A stretch of DNA of 64,000 nt from a virus. The DNA lies in the IMG/VR virus record IMGVR_UViG_3300035701_000010, positions 33,657-97,656 of that record. One strand, given 5' to 3'. This document shows, piece after piece, positions 11,697 through 24,775 of the stretch; positions within the stretch are counted from its first letter, which is position 1; every line of letters starts with the position of its first letter. The notes under the pieces were generated by a model. That model was not told where the DNA came from. It saw only the letters and a program-made list of their open reading frames with translations, and did no database searches. A program made the translations under genes and the position numbers.

Positions 11697-12134
11697 CCTC
11701 TATATATGGGGCAGGTAGAATAGATTACTATTGACACTAGTCATAATTTCCTTAGCCAGGTTACATGTCTGTTCATTTCTTAAATCGTACCAGCCCTTGT
11801 CATATTTGTCTGCCCACAGTTTGATGCAGGAAAGAAAACATTCCATAATTGATTGCTGTAAGGTTGGATGAAGTTTCATAATTTCATCCGCAAATTCTTT
11901 TTCGTGAGTATCTGTTGAGTTAACCAAGTGAGCCAGTGAATCGACTACGTTCATCACCTCTTGATTGATTTCTACTAACTTTTTCTTCATCTCTGATTCT
12001 CCTTTCCCATTCTAAAATTTCTTCCTTACTTGGTTTTTTATGAGAAACTCCTACGTATCCTCTCGTTTTTCCGCTAACGTGAGATCGATGAGTTTTGAAT
12101 GCGTTGCGCTTCCTTGCCATGTTTTTCTCCCTAA

Positions 12135-12163
12135 ATTATACCGCAAGAGAACTCAAGATGCAA
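12135..12163 (-). promoter_or_regulatory. sigma70-type promoter TTGCAT-N17-TATAAT
   Basis: Intergenic, consensus -10, 17-bp spacer. Confidence 0.75.
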
Positions 12164-12446
12164 AGGCCAAACATGCCATTTCCCCCTTATAGCGGGATTA
12201 ATCCTTTTTTGCAGAGGGTATGACTTAAGAAGGCTCCAGTTGCAAAGACTTGCTTGTTCAATACAATTTCTCCATTTGTTTTGATTACTAAGAAATCTGG
12301 ATCGTCAGGGAAATGAATTTCCAAACCATCCCATTCATCAGTTAGGATGGCAATTTTGCCTGACCGCTTCAAAATTTGCGCTTCGAAATTTCGCTCATTT
12401 ATGCCGGTAATTTTTAGTCCACATTTTCCTTTCACGACTTACCTCC

Positions 12447-13103
12447 TTATGGCTTTCCAAAACTCATGGTCATAACCATCTCCCCTACTGTTTTCATTAC
12501 GGTATCGTAGTACCGATCGACCTCTTTTGAACCGAAGTAATAGGCGAGGGCGTCTTTGGTGGTTTTGTAATCTCTACACAGCTTGCAAAGAATAGCAGTT
12601 CCTAATTCTATATTGGGTTTTATTTGATAGAGGTGCATTTTGTCAGTAATCCCAAGATCTTTAGCTTCCTTAGATCCAATCCAACTTTCCATAATCTGCA
12701 TCAACCCTATGGCTCCTTTTTTGCTTACGGCCATTTGATTGTAATTTGATTCTACTTCTATAATGGCGAGAATGACTAGGGCGGAAACTCTTTTTCTTTC
12801 TCCAGCTTCTATTACATGATTAGCGATAATGAGAGCGACCATTGGATCTAATCTAGGTTGGCGAGCTAAGATGATTGGAAGGAGTTGTGGAACAGTAAGA
12901 TCTGGAAGATAAACAATTCGGTCTACGTATTCAATTCTTGGATTGTTCATGAGATCTGTAATGATAGAATTTTTGATTTGTTGCTCGTAAATGGAGTAAA
13001 TGATGATTACAATAAGAAGCATGGCTAAGAAAATTGGTCTGACTTGCTCGTACATCGGATGTCTCATTGCAATTTCCTCCTTTAATGGTTTATTCTTACT
13101 CAA
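12447..13103 (-). CDS. Lytic transglycosylase (SLT domain) with N-terminal TM segment
   Basis: AIIEVESNYN...AVSKKGAIGLMQIM...NIELGT..L...ALAYY motifs. Confidence 0.9.
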   Translation of the reverse strand: MSKNKPLKEEIAMRHPMYEQVRPIFLAMLLIVIIIYSIYEQQIKNSIITDLMNNPRIEYVDRIVYLPDLTVPQLLPIILARQPRLDPMVALIIANHVIEAGERKRVSALVILAIIEVESNYNQMAVSKKGAIGLMQIMESWIGSKEAKDLGITDKMHLYQIKPNIELGTAILCKLCRDYKTTKDALAYYFGSKEVDRYYDTVMKTVGEMVMTMSFGKP

Positions 13104-13586
13104 TCACAAAAACCATGATGGGTTCTGGATAGTCTAGTTTGGTGTTTTCTATGGCATCTATCTCTACTAATTTTCTACCGTAGAGTTCCTTGTATTCTTC
13201 TTTAAGGATCTTGACTGGTCGGCCTTTGACAAATTCATAGAGTTCTTGCCCCATCGAATCCTCATCACTTAAGAAAACAAGATACCGTCTGCTTTTGAAT
13301 TTTTCCTGTTTGGTCTTCGCCATAAGCCATCTCCTTTATTTCAATGTTACGCTTTCTAGCAGTTCAACTTCATTGTGATTGGTTGGGCTATTCCATTCTT
13401 CGATTCCAATGTAGCAAATTACTCCTCCAGTAAAGGAAAAATCTGCTGTGTGAACATAGGGTCTGAAGAATGTAATTTCTCCATCCTTAATTTGTTTCAC
13501 CACACTGTCCTGAAAGGCGGGAGATGGTTTTTCAGGGTCCCAAAATCTGATCCTATCTCCCAATTTTAATTCTTTCATTTTAACTT

Positions 13587-13874
13587 TCATTTGTCCCTCC
13601 ATACTCTGTATTCATGGTCAGCGACCTTTCTGACAATGAAGTGCTTGTTGGGAAACTTCTTGTGGTAGAGGGCAATGGACCCGTAAATCGTGTTTCGCAA
13701 CACATTTTCTTTCTTTTTAGGATTGTTAATGGCAAAGGAATCTCCAACTTTCATTTCTGAAAATGGATATTTTATTCCGTTTCTCATCCTTTGCTCTGGC
13801 ACTTTGATTCCCTTTTCAATGCCGCCCACATACGTTCCATTACTCTCTTCGGTTGTTGCTGGTGTTCTTTTCAT
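13587..13874 (-). CDS. Conserved-type phage protein (KYPF.EM.VGDSF)
   Basis: IEKGIKVP...KYPFSEMKVGDSF...YRVWR pattern common in phage hypotheticals. Confidence 0.65.
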   Translation of the reverse strand: MKRTPATTEESNGTYVGGIEKGIKVPEQRMRNGIKYPFSEMKVGDSFAINNPKKKENVLRNTIYGSIALYHKKFPNKHFIVRKVADHEYRVWRDK

Positions 13875-13884
13875 TTGGTCCTCC

Positions 13885-14409
13885 TTAACGGCTTCCTAAG
13901 CATCTAGACTTAGGATCCTTGAAAGCGGTTAGTCTTAAGGTCTCCAATATTCCCAGTTCACTCGCTCCTCCAATACTTTTCTCTCCTTGCCATAATCCCC
14001 ATTCGTTCAATTTCCAATTTCTGGATTTAGCCACCCTGCGACAATAGATGTTAAACTCCTTGTCTCCTGTAAAATGGAGTATGGAGGCTCCGATAGAGAA
14101 TTTGTTGGTGATCAGAAAATCGAATTGGACATGGTTGTGAATAAGAGATACTTTCTTATCGCCAGCCGAAATAATTTGATCTGCAAAGGCTCTTAGGTTG
14201 TGAAGAAAGACATCAAGAATCTTTGGGATCACTACAAAATCTAGATCATGGACTATTCGCTCTTCTCTCCTGTAAGAACCGCAGGCGATAAGATTGACGG
14301 AATAAGTGGCAAATCTATGTCTTATTTCTTCAACAGCCATTTGCGCTTCATCTAATGTTAACGTTCTTACTTCGTCAATGGGGTCGATTTGTTGATGGAT
14401 TGTTTCCAT
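13885..14409 (-). CDS. polX: Minimal DNA polymerase X (palm and thumb only)
   Basis: CGSYRR...HDLDFVV, QFDF, LHFTGDKEFN..R..A....KLNEWGL; 174 aa; no lyase or PHP domain. Confidence 0.88.
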   Translation of the reverse strand: METIHQQIDPIDEVRTLTLDEAQMAVEEIRHRFATYSVNLIACGSYRREERIVHDLDFVVIPKILDVFLHNLRAFADQIISAGDKKVSLIHNHVQFDFLITNKFSIGASILHFTGDKEFNIYCRRVAKSRNWKLNEWGLWQGEKSIGGASELGILETLRLTAFKDPKSRCLGSR

Positions 14410-15325
14410 TAGTCACCTCCTTTATTTTAAATTGTTTGGAGCATCTCTCCTGAATTTAATTCCTGGCTGCGTGTGGGGTGGGGTCAAGCCCACAAAGACA
14501 CTTTCTTCAGAAATTCTAGTCCAGGCTCCATGAGTCCATTCGATCCAATCCTGGCCTTGGATAAGTTCGGTGTCTTCTAATTCCCTAGTCATTTCAAAAA
14601 ACAATGGTCCTTTATTTAACATCATTTCTCCTTTCTTCTTCACTTTTACCATCTCTAAGATGAGCGAAAATGAAGATGTCTGATGAACAATTGTAACATA
14701 GGTCTAGATTTTTTGTTTTGGTATCTGTAATTTGTTGAAGACTAAAGGTGACTTCTACCAACTTATCTTTTCCTTTATCTTTCAATAATCCATGGGCGCT
14801 GCGTCTAGTTTTTCCATCAATAAACCCATCCAGCGTAATCTCTTCCCCACATCGATCACAAAAATTCTTTTTCATTGTTTTCTCCTTTTTAATTGTTGAT
14901 TTGTGAAACGACAGCCACATATTGAGGCAATAGTTTTTCTGCTTCTTTTCTGGTTTTGAAATAACATGATTCGCGGGAATAGGGTCCGCATTTGCACCAA
15001 GTTCCTATATAAAATCCAGCATTAGAATGCAGAACTTTTGGGTTTAGAACTGTTTTACAATCTGGGCAGATACTTTCAGCTCCGGTTAAAATTGTTTCTT
15101 TAGAAACAGCCATTGTTCCATCCTCCTTGTTGTTGAAATTGATAATGGTTTGTTTATTTATTTTTCACTTCGTTATCAATAATTTTTATTAGAAGAATAA
15201 TAGCGCATATCCACCCTAAAAGGGCATTCCAATTTTTAGCATAGGCACTTGCAATGATGTCTGCTATGAATAAAATTGCTAATATGATATATGTTACCAT
15301 CATGTTCTCACCCACATGCTTCCTT

Positions 15326-15592
15326 TTAAAAGTCATATTCTTGTTCAGAACATCCACAGGTATATTGAATGTATTGAACATAGAAACCTTGATCAAAGTA
15401 GAAATAATTTGCGGACCATTGTCTCCTTGGAATGCTATGGTCTACAGTAAAATATTCAATTTCATCAGGATCGCCATTTTCTTTTAACATATTGGCGATT
15501 AGATCATCACAGTCTGTGCATCCTAAAGGACCATTGTCCCCGCCACAGGAGGCCATTAGTAAGAGAAGAATAACAATAAGAAAAGTTTTCAT
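15326..15592 (-). CDS. Putative acidic lipoprotein
   Basis: MKTFLIVILLLLMASC lipobox. Confidence 0.65.
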   Translation of the reverse strand: MKTFLIVILLLLMASCGGDNGPLGCTDCDDLIANMLKENGDPDEIEYFTVDHSIPRRQWSANYFYFDQGFYVQYIQYTCGCSEQEYDF

Positions 15593-16848
15593 TGAACTCT
15601 CCTAATCTTCAAAGATTTGAGGAAGTTTGCTCATGAATTCATAGGCTTTCTCTGCCGCTTCGGTGTGGGTAAGATTTGGTTCTTTGTTCCTATAGGCGTT
15701 GCAGGTCTCTGCGACGAAGTCGACATAGCGGATTCTTTTGATTTTTTCGTCATCGGTTTTGACAAGAACTTGGGTGGCACATCTTCCAATAATGGATTTA
15801 ACGATGCTGGTATCTGTACTTGAAACATAGTCTAATTGTTCTACAAACCTTTTCTTCATGGTCATGACGGTTATAAGGTAAGCCTCTTTTTCAAGAGGAA
15901 CTTTGAGCAATCCTTTTTGTGTCTTGATTGATTCTGCATTCTTCATTTTCATGTCTCCTTTTTGCGCTTTCTGGAACTCTCCACCATTCTGAATCTTCAT
16001 CTCGAATCAAGATTCTTCCGCATTGATGGCACCACCAGTGGTCAATATACGAATCGTCATGATTTTGATGAATAAGATCCATTTCCTCATTCTTTCCGCA
16101 TTGGCATTCCATTATTCCTCCTTGGTGTTGAAACTCAAAAGGGTTTGTTCAGTCATTTCCATATCATCTACCTCTATTCCATCAATTGTTGAAATGAATC
16201 CGTAGTCCATCTCATTCACGCACTTGGTCAATTCTGTAACCGTTTTGGGTTCTTCATGTCTAAAACCGAGTTTGATTGTGACATAGACGGTTGATTTCAT
16301 GCTTCTTCTCCTTTCTTTATTTGTTGGTCAATCTCAAAAATCAGATCTCTTAAATTCTTCATCGCCTTTTTCACAAAAAATGGAAATTTACTCCAACCGG
16401 AGTGGCAACAAGCTTCCCATAAAAGCATAGTCATTAAAAAGTAAGATTTAAAGATAGGATCTTTTCGTATCATCTTATTTAACAAGAAAAGATGATACGT
16501 TTCTTCAGGTTCCAGTTCTATATCTGGCATGTTAGAACTGATAAGATTTTCTACTCCTTCATAAGCTTCAATCGCTTCAATCAGTTGTTGTTGTGTCATT
16601 CCCATTTTTCTTCTTTCTCCTTTTGGGGATAGATAGGTGTCTTATTTCCATGTTGAGCAAACTCAGTTTTTCTTTCAGCGCATCGGCTTTCGCTTGCATA
16701 ATTCTCATCTTCTTTTCAAATTCATTCACCTGTCGTACCGAAGCTTGAAGATCAATTTTCAACTTTCGCATTTGTTCTACCAATGCTCTAACTTTCAGCC
16801 ACCGCTCTTTTATATCTATAATCATAGGGGTGCCCTAAAACTAGGTAA

Positions 16849-16877
16849 ATGCTACCATAACGATTTGTTTGATGCCA
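16849..16877 (-). promoter_or_regulatory. Promoter TGGCAT-N17-TAGCAT
   Basis: Shares TTTTGCTGGCATCA...TCGYTATGGTA with the 18966 site. Confidence 0.6.
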
Positions 16878-18965
16878 GCAAAAACCATAGGCTTTCTGTG
16901 AAAGCTTTGAGTCTACAAGTTAACAAATCGCATAGGTTCTCTGTTTACCACTTCTAATTTTTCTCTAGTTCTAGATTCATTCAAGGTGGCAAGAGTGGCC
17001 GCACAGGTGGATAGGGCAACGGCATCGCGTCTAATATCGTCTGCACGCAGATACATCCTGATATTATTTTTCCCTTCCATATCTTTTCTCACTTCAGAAA
17101 CTCTTGCTTCTCTTACTTCAGAGAGATGTCTTGAAATACTTTCTATCAGAAGTCCGACAGCCATGTTTGCCGTGAAAATCATCGCTTCGAAATCTAACTT
17201 CGCAACATCGGCACATAAATCATTCTTTGTATTGTTCATTTTTTGTCCTCCTCTAATTCTTTTTTAGCCATTTCATGGAGTGTGGGTTGAAGAGCCGCCC
17301 CGATGTTATGAAGCTGCTCTATGGTCGGCGCAGGATGATCTATTAATTTTTCTAATCCTGCACTGTGAATACAAGGTCCGCAAATGTTAAATTGATTTGA
17401 GAGAAAGATGGTGTTGATAAAGAGAGGAATTTTTAGATCAGAATGTAAATTTTTAAAAAGTGTCTTGACAGTCTCCTCTCCAAACTGTTCTTTCACCACA
17501 TTCAAAATAAAGGTGAATATTGGTAAATCTTTTTCTGTCATGAACTTTTTGATCTTGGTATGAAATTCAGGATCAAAAAAGTGGGTGGGTTCGTCAATGA
17601 GGGAAAGTTTTTCCAGAGTGATTGCCATCTTGAGATAGAAGTCTCTTACATCTATTCCCTCTTTTTTGCAACAGAAACATTTAGGAGCATTGAAGACAAA
17701 TTCTTCCTTACGGCTTCTGTTCATCTTACGATCTTTTTTCTGCTCCGCTTTGATTTCTGGGGTGACTTTCTTTTGAATTTGTTCTTTTATGAACTTCTCA
17801 TTCAAAGCTGCTGCTTCAGGGTGAATTTTGCAGATGCGATCCTTTGGATTGATCGGAACTGTAGATCGTCGATTGAGTACATGACCACAAAGTGAACAGG
17901 TTACGGTTTTTGGTCTAAACAATCCTTTCTTTTCCATCTCGTCCTCCTTTTATTATATAGGATCAAACCCATAAACTTCTTTTACAAGGTATCTCATTTC
18001 TTGAATAAGGAAATATTTCCGGGCTACATCAGACGGAACTTTTTTGGGATAATCTCCTATCTGGATCATACTTCCTATCCTCCAGCATGGACAAATGGTT
18101 GTGATATGAAATTGATGAAAGAATTGCGTTTCGTCATAACCTGATAGGAAGTTGACTAGGTTAGAAAGTCCTAGGCATGTGGCTTTGCATAATCTATCTC
18201 TATCCCAAGATGTAATTAGCTGATGCCATTTTTGAAATGGACATGTAGAAAGGAATTCAGAATCTTTTTTAGTAGCAACAAACCATTCTCTGGCTAGTTG
18301 ATCTCTTTCTTTAAGAACACTGTCTATAGCCTCTCGTATTTCTATATATTTCACTTCCATCTTATCCCTCCTCATCAGTTTAGAAGAATAGCGGCCATGA
18401 TCCAGAATCCTAACCAGAACCATGCTTGTCTTCTTGCCATAAGTCACCTCCTTTTAAGAGATTATAGTTTATTTCTCAGTCCTTTCGATGTCTATGTAAA
18501 ATCTTTTTTTGTCATCCGATGTATAAGCACTCAAGATTACCCATTTAATAACAGGATTAGAAAATATTTCAATTTCTGCGTCCATCGGAACCTCTGCCAA
18601 ATCTTGAAGTAACTCTTTTTTGTTCATCTTTACTCCTTTTATTCGTCATCTTTGTCTTCTGGCTGAACAGATTTGGGACTGTCAAATCGTAGGTTGGCTG
18701 TGAATCCTATTGCAGATTCACGTCTCAGAACGGCTCTTACAAAAGCCAGATTAGTACGAAAAATTTCCACGCTGCCATCCTTATTGGTCAATCCAGGACG
18801 TCCCAAATACCTTTCCACATCCCCTTGTCGTCTAGCGCAATGAATACACTGGTTGAAAAATCCGATCTTTTGTTTCATTTTTTCATCAGGATCAAACTCT
18901 TCATCGCAATCCCTACACTTCAAATGCATCATCACCCCCCTGTCATAAAAGGTTAGCTATGGGTA

Positions 18966-18994
18966 ACTATACCATAGCGAATTAGATGATGCCA
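18966..18994 (-). promoter_or_regulatory. Promoter TGGCAT-N17-TATAGT
   Basis: Intergenic, 17-bp spacer, paralogous to the 16849 site. Confidence 0.6.
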
Positions 18995-21900
18995 GCAAAA
19001 TACTACCCTATTCCCTACCAGCCATACCACTCAAAAGGAAAAGCTTTTTTCCTGAGTTCACTATCTTTCTTCCTATCTCTCTTCCTAAAGGCTTCAACAT
19101 CTACTTTTTCTAGGTTAGAATGAGTTTCGAAATAACAATCTGCTGCGAGCTCAAAAACATCAGATCGTTTGATACTTTTAGACATGTCTGGTCTTCCCAT
19201 TTCGTCAGATAGAATCTCATCGCCAATGGCTTGCCAGACTGCTCTCAAGCCGCGAATCCATCGCTCTTCTTGCGTAATCCCTTTCATTTCAAAGCTCTTT
19301 TTAATTTTTGCTTTCATTTTTCACCTCCTATCTATTTCTTACTGCTTTGATAATCCATGCCCCGTCTTTGAGAGTAATGTCTTGTTCGGAAAGACCCCAA
19401 ATCGCTTGCCTTTTTTCATAAACTCCAAGAAGATGAGTTTTGACTCCTTCCGTTCCATGAACTAGAATTTCACTTTTCATGGAAGCTCTCTTAAGTTTCT
19501 TGATCAATTCTTCTGCCGTCATTTTTCACCTCGCTTTTCTGCTTTAAGAATTTCTTCCCAAACATCTTCTCCAAGCCCTTCTGCTGAAGAATAGTTACCA
19601 TCGGTGTAATAGTTGTGTTCTGGATCTGCATCGAGATCTTCTATATCAAAATCTATCTTGTGTCCGATGCTCCAGAAGCAGATAATCTCACCATCATCAT
19701 TAGTCAGGGTAAGTTTCACTTTGCTTATCCTCCTCTAATTCTAGAACACAAAAGATGGTTTGATGACAAAATTGACATTCTTTTTCTATCACGGTTAATG
19801 GTTCTGTTGACTTATCCAAGATAAAGATATTGGATTTTGAGCAATGAGGGCAACTAGTGACGAAAGTTATGCCACTCGTTTCAGTAGATTGAACAGTTTG
19901 TTTTTCAGGAATCTTCATTTCATACCTCCAATTTTTTAAATCCCATTGTGGTGAGAAAAGCTTCTCCTAACGTTTCTTGAAATGAAGAGACCAACAGCCT
20001 GTAGAATGCTGGAGTATGGCTTGCTTCCATTTGCCAGATGGTACCGTCGTCTTCTGCTTCAGGATTCAAATGAATCTCCATTCCCTGAGCATCGGCTATG
20101 AGAAAATAGTTTTTGCCTTCACCAATTAAGGGATCAGAGTCTGGTTCTTTAAACCTTTCTGCTCCAGCAAAGGCATACCAATCCGTTTTATCAAATTCTT
20201 TAAGATCCATCATAGTCCTCCTTTCAGATTATCATCATCTAAGGCATTTCTTCTTCAAATTGCTCTTCTTTAAAAAGGATTGCTTCGCAGCCACAATAGA
20301 AATATTTTTGCTTTTTGGTCAATATAGAACCATCGATACATTGATACTCGTCATCAAAAACTTCCATACAGACATTGTTTGGATAAAACTTTCCACAGTT
20401 CCAACACCAGAATCCAGATCCGCCACAGAGTTGTTTTTGATGTTTGTGGATAAATTCAGTGTTCGCCTTAGCACAGTCCGGACCCGTCTTTGTACACTCG
20501 CAAAAGTAATTCAGATCTTTACTTCCTGGACCGCAATGCGATCTTATCCACCATTCTTTTGGATCTTTGATTTGTTTTTCAATATACCAATTAACGATAA
20601 GACCTTGGTCATTTTTAAAATTTCCCTTTCTCATTACTTCCTCCCTCTTTCAATGTTCATGATCTCTGCCATCGCCATAAGATGGGCTACTAATCCCCTT
20701 CCTTTTGGAGGGGGCGTTGAACGATGCTCTGTTTATCTATGCCTGTTCTTTTCACGTTTCAATGCAGAAGCTTTCCGTTCTTCAAACGTTCCTCGACGCT
20801 TCGCTTGTCCCATTTAAAATGGTCACCTCCTTTTAATATTCTACATCCACGTTTGCCGCCCCATATTCCTGGCATCGCTTGCATTTTACACGATGTTTTG
20901 ATTCAAAAGCTTCTCCAATTTCATCGGTGGGTGCGCCCATCGCTTGGGTCATTGGATCGTTTAGTAACGTATCCCAGAATTTTCTCACTTCTGGACACCC
21001 TGGGTCTACTGGAGTTATCCATCTTGCCATCTTAGTCTCCTTTTCTGTTTTTCTTGTAGTCTCTGGCCATTTCTTGGCACATCTTTCTTTCTCGTTTAAG
21101 GAATTCCTTTTCTTTCTTTTGGTATTCTTTGAAGCTGGCTTTCTGTTCCTTGGTCCTCACCAATCCATGCTTTTCATAGCATTTTGGATCGCCATACGAA
21201 GAACACTTGGGACATTCTTGACAGATGCAGTCATCTGTAAATTTCCCACAGACTTCGCATGGACGGTCTGGCGGATCAATATCATTCATGCTCACTCCTG
21301 GGGGTAAACTCCATCCAAAAATTCCCATAGGTCACCTCCTTTCTTATTTTTCTTCTGTTAACTCTCGTGTGAGTTGCCTTCTTATATCATCATCAACGGA
21401 TTGGCCCTCCGGCACTTCGTCATCTTTTTCGTCTGGACTTTCCGCAGGGTAGAAAGATTTCCATAGATACCCTTCCCATTTGATGTTACACTTTTCACAT
21501 ACCATTTCTACAGAGATGGTATGAGCAGCAGGGAAGAACTCTTCTTCTTCAACGCACTCTGTTCCACAATAAGGACACAACATAGGTCAACTCCTTTCTT
21601 TATTTTCTCTCTTTTCGCCAGCGTTCAATGTATTCCTTTATTTCTTTTTTGAACGATTTTCTATAGTCCTCCTCTAAATTGGGTTTATCTCCAAAATTCC
21701 AAATCTCTATAAGGTCTTCAGCAAATGGATTAGTTTCCATTTCCGCTGCATAGAGATCAAAGACAGGAAAGAGGATGATTTGGCCAGACAATTCTGTTAC
21801 GAAATCGAAATCCTCTATTCCTTTCTCGTATCCAGTAACGTATCTTGGTACTTCAATTCCTACGGTTTTCAGGTAGTCAATAATCCAATCAAAATAGATA

Positions 21901-23000
21901 TCCTGGCAAGAAATATCGCTATCGATCCCCACCTTGTTCAGCCAACCTTTTCTGGTGTGATGTTTTTCCAATTCGCGGACTTTGACTTTAAGAAAATCAA
22001 AGATTTTGTCCTGGTCCTGAGTAATCTTTTTGATCACAGTTTTTACATCCATATCTCAACTCCTTTTTTTATGTTTCCATGGATCACACTTGTCATCACA
22101 GATGACCCTATAGAATTCAAGAAGCCCAAACCCGATGTTTTCATTAACGACTTCAGAGATGAGCGGACTTTTGCAAGAACAGAACCAGATACGGTTGAAG
22201 TGGGCAGGGGCTAGAGTGTCACTGACCATGCAATGTTCTTTCCCGAAAACGATATGGTGAGCCACACGGTTGTCATCATCAAAGAATCCTTGGTCCAAAT
22301 CTACAGCGAAGTATCGCCAATGCTTCTTGCATTTTTCACAAATGACATCCGATTCAGGATAGAACTCACCATCTCTCAAATATGAACGATCAAGCTTCCA
22401 TCTGGGCATTATTGTCTCCTATCCTTCTTTATGATTAAAGTCCTTCTTTTTCAATCCGTTTGAGTTCATCAATAATTTTTGAATATTTCTTGGGGTTTTT
22501 GCTTGACAGAATTTTGATGATATAACGGTTGATAAAGCTGGTTTCATCATGCGTGTTGCCTTCATACTCTACAAGCCTTGTATATTCACAGTAATTGTCC
22601 CAAGGGTCATAAATTCCATCATAAAAGATTTCTGACTTCAGCCCGTCGAAGTCGGCTCGCGCAAAGGTATCTCCATAGTTGATGATGGCTTTGTTGATGA
22701 ACGGTCTATACTTCTTGGTCAGATTCATCACGACCTGAAGTTGCTCTGATCGTTTCCTAACGTTAATCAGCATGATTGTCTCCTTTTAATACTCGCCGCC
22801 GTTTTCCCTCTTGTCAGCACATGAATTGCAATAATCGTACTCCGGTTTGATGATCACTGTTCTACCACATCCAGAACAGACTTTCTTCACTGATTTCAAG
22901 TGTGTTTTTCGGTAGAATTTCACCATTTCAGGATCATCCATGTTTTCCCACACGCCATAATTGTCGTCTATGAATACTCTGCTCATGGTAGTCTCCTAAG

Positions 23001-23027
23001 AAAAGGGCGGACCTTGCGATCCGCCCC
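23001..23027 (-). terminator. Intrinsic terminator
   Basis: GGGCGGA-TCGCAAGG-TCCGCCC-TTTT. Confidence 0.7.
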
Positions 23028-24310
23028 CGATTCTATGGTAGATCTTGTTTACTTCTCGGTCAGCACCACCGTCACTTCATCAGGGATTTCCATGCCCTTT
23101 TTGAAGTACAGATTGCCGACCACTCCCTGCTCCATGTCCTCGATGATGTAGGGGTGATAGCGTTTGCTGTCCACGCCCTTGTACTTCATGTTGACGGTCA
23201 GGGTGCTCTTGCCTTTCTTCGCCGGTGTTTTCTCAGCCATTTCTCTTCTCCTTTATCATTGTTTGTTTCAACATAACTCCACCTTAAGACTCTTCTTCAC
23301 GCTCTCTGTTGGTTTCTTCCTATCGGGTTACTGGTTCGTCACCTCCTTTCTAGCCCTGATACTTCGGGTCAGGGTTTGGAATTTCAGTCGCGCTTAAGTA
23401 ATAGATCTTCTTCAATTCCTCCTTTGTCTCACAAGAATAGAATGTAATGGGGACCCACTCGTCATCCAAATTCGGCTGAATATGACTAGTCGAAAAGAAG
23501 AAACGTTCTGTTTCTTCGGAACCACCATCCGCAAAAACAATCAATCTCATCTTACTTCTCCTTTCTATGCAAGGTTCACCTTGGTGTGACACCCTGCTCC
23601 TTTCTTTCTCCAAATGAGTTTGCTCGCTACCCATTCCAAAAGGCGATAGTAGAGTTTGTACCGCCCCCTGAAAGGTCCGTATGTTTGACACATGAGCTCT
23701 GTAAGGTCCAACAGAGCCATCTCCATACTCTCTTCGAGACTCTGTTGGTCGTCAGACCAGAGTGGCTTATTGGGATCAGGATCTTTCCATGCATCTGTTT
23801 CCCACGGGTCTTTGGTTTTCAAAAATTGGGCGATGGCTTCATCCCGCTCTTCCTCGCTGATGAGCCCGCTTAGACAGGCCCAATCCGCGTCAATCCGTTC
23901 TCCACCTGGATCCAATCCAATTCTTCCCATCTTTATCCTCCTCTTAAGGGTGTATTCTTTTCCTGCTCTTTAGCATCGCAAAGAGATTCTCCTCCTCTCC
24001 AAAGCTAATGTATCCCATTTCTGCCATCATCTTGAGTTGACTCTCCAGGTCGTAGACCGATCCCTCCGTCAAGCATTGTCTAACCGCTTTCTGTTCTCTC
24101 ACCCTCTTTTTGAGGTCTTCAAGAATCTCATGCTTCGCTCCTTCCGATAGACTCAGAATTCTTCCCATGTGTCTCCTCCTCTCTTTCCAGTTCTCTTCGA
24201 ACAAATCTTCTTCTCTTCATTTCCCCTTACTTCCCCTTGACTGTGATGTGATTAACCTCCTTGGGTGACCATAAGGGTGAAGGGGTAGGGGTAAAGTGAA
24301 GTAGATAAGA

Positions 24311-24434
24311 GTCTACAGATTTCCGTAAGGGTTGTACTCGGTGTCCGGCTAGAAACAGATGGGGCGTTAGGAGACTGATGATCAGGTCTACGGATTGTTG
24401 AGGGGGTTGCGCTCGGTGTCCGGCTAGAAACAGA
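24311..24434. repeat. Imperfect 49-bp direct repeat, 75-bp period, with 23-bp identical core CTCGGTGTCCGGCTAGAAACAGA
   Basis: Cores at 24337-24359 and 24412-24434. Confidence 0.85.
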
Positions 24435-24723
24435 GAAAAGATCGGAAACGTGGAGGGACCTCGAATTCCTGATTCTAGGGATTCCCCTGTGGAATCTATT
24501 CCATCGTTTCTTGCAGGATTAGAAGTTAAAGAAAAGAGAAACGAAAAAGTCAGAGTCTGTCCTTTCGCTTCAACGGCCAGTACGCCCAGGGTTATTTTTC
24601 GTTTTTTCTTCAGGTTCATGATCAATCTAAAAGGGGTGGATAGGGTCAATGGGTGAGATAGGTCCCAGTTCTTGGGGGGTAATGAAAAAATGAACTTATG
24701 TTTCGGGATTCGCATATGGCTCC

Positions 24724-24757
24724 AAAAAAGTCGGGTGGACCTTGCGATCCACCCGAC
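24724..24757 (-). terminator. Intrinsic terminator
   Basis: GTCGGGTGGA-TCGCAAGG-TCCACCCGAC-TTTTTT; same loop as the 23001 terminator. Confidence 0.8.
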
Positions 24758-24775
24758 GGGTTGCGAAACGTGGAA

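Larger units (their letters stand above)
14422..24204 (-). other. Dense array of about 35 small hypothetical early/middle ORFs, many with CxxC zinc-ribbon motifs
   Basis: Tightly packed minus-strand ORFs of 60-230 aa, nearly all preceded by AGGAG/GGAGG. Confidence 0.75.
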
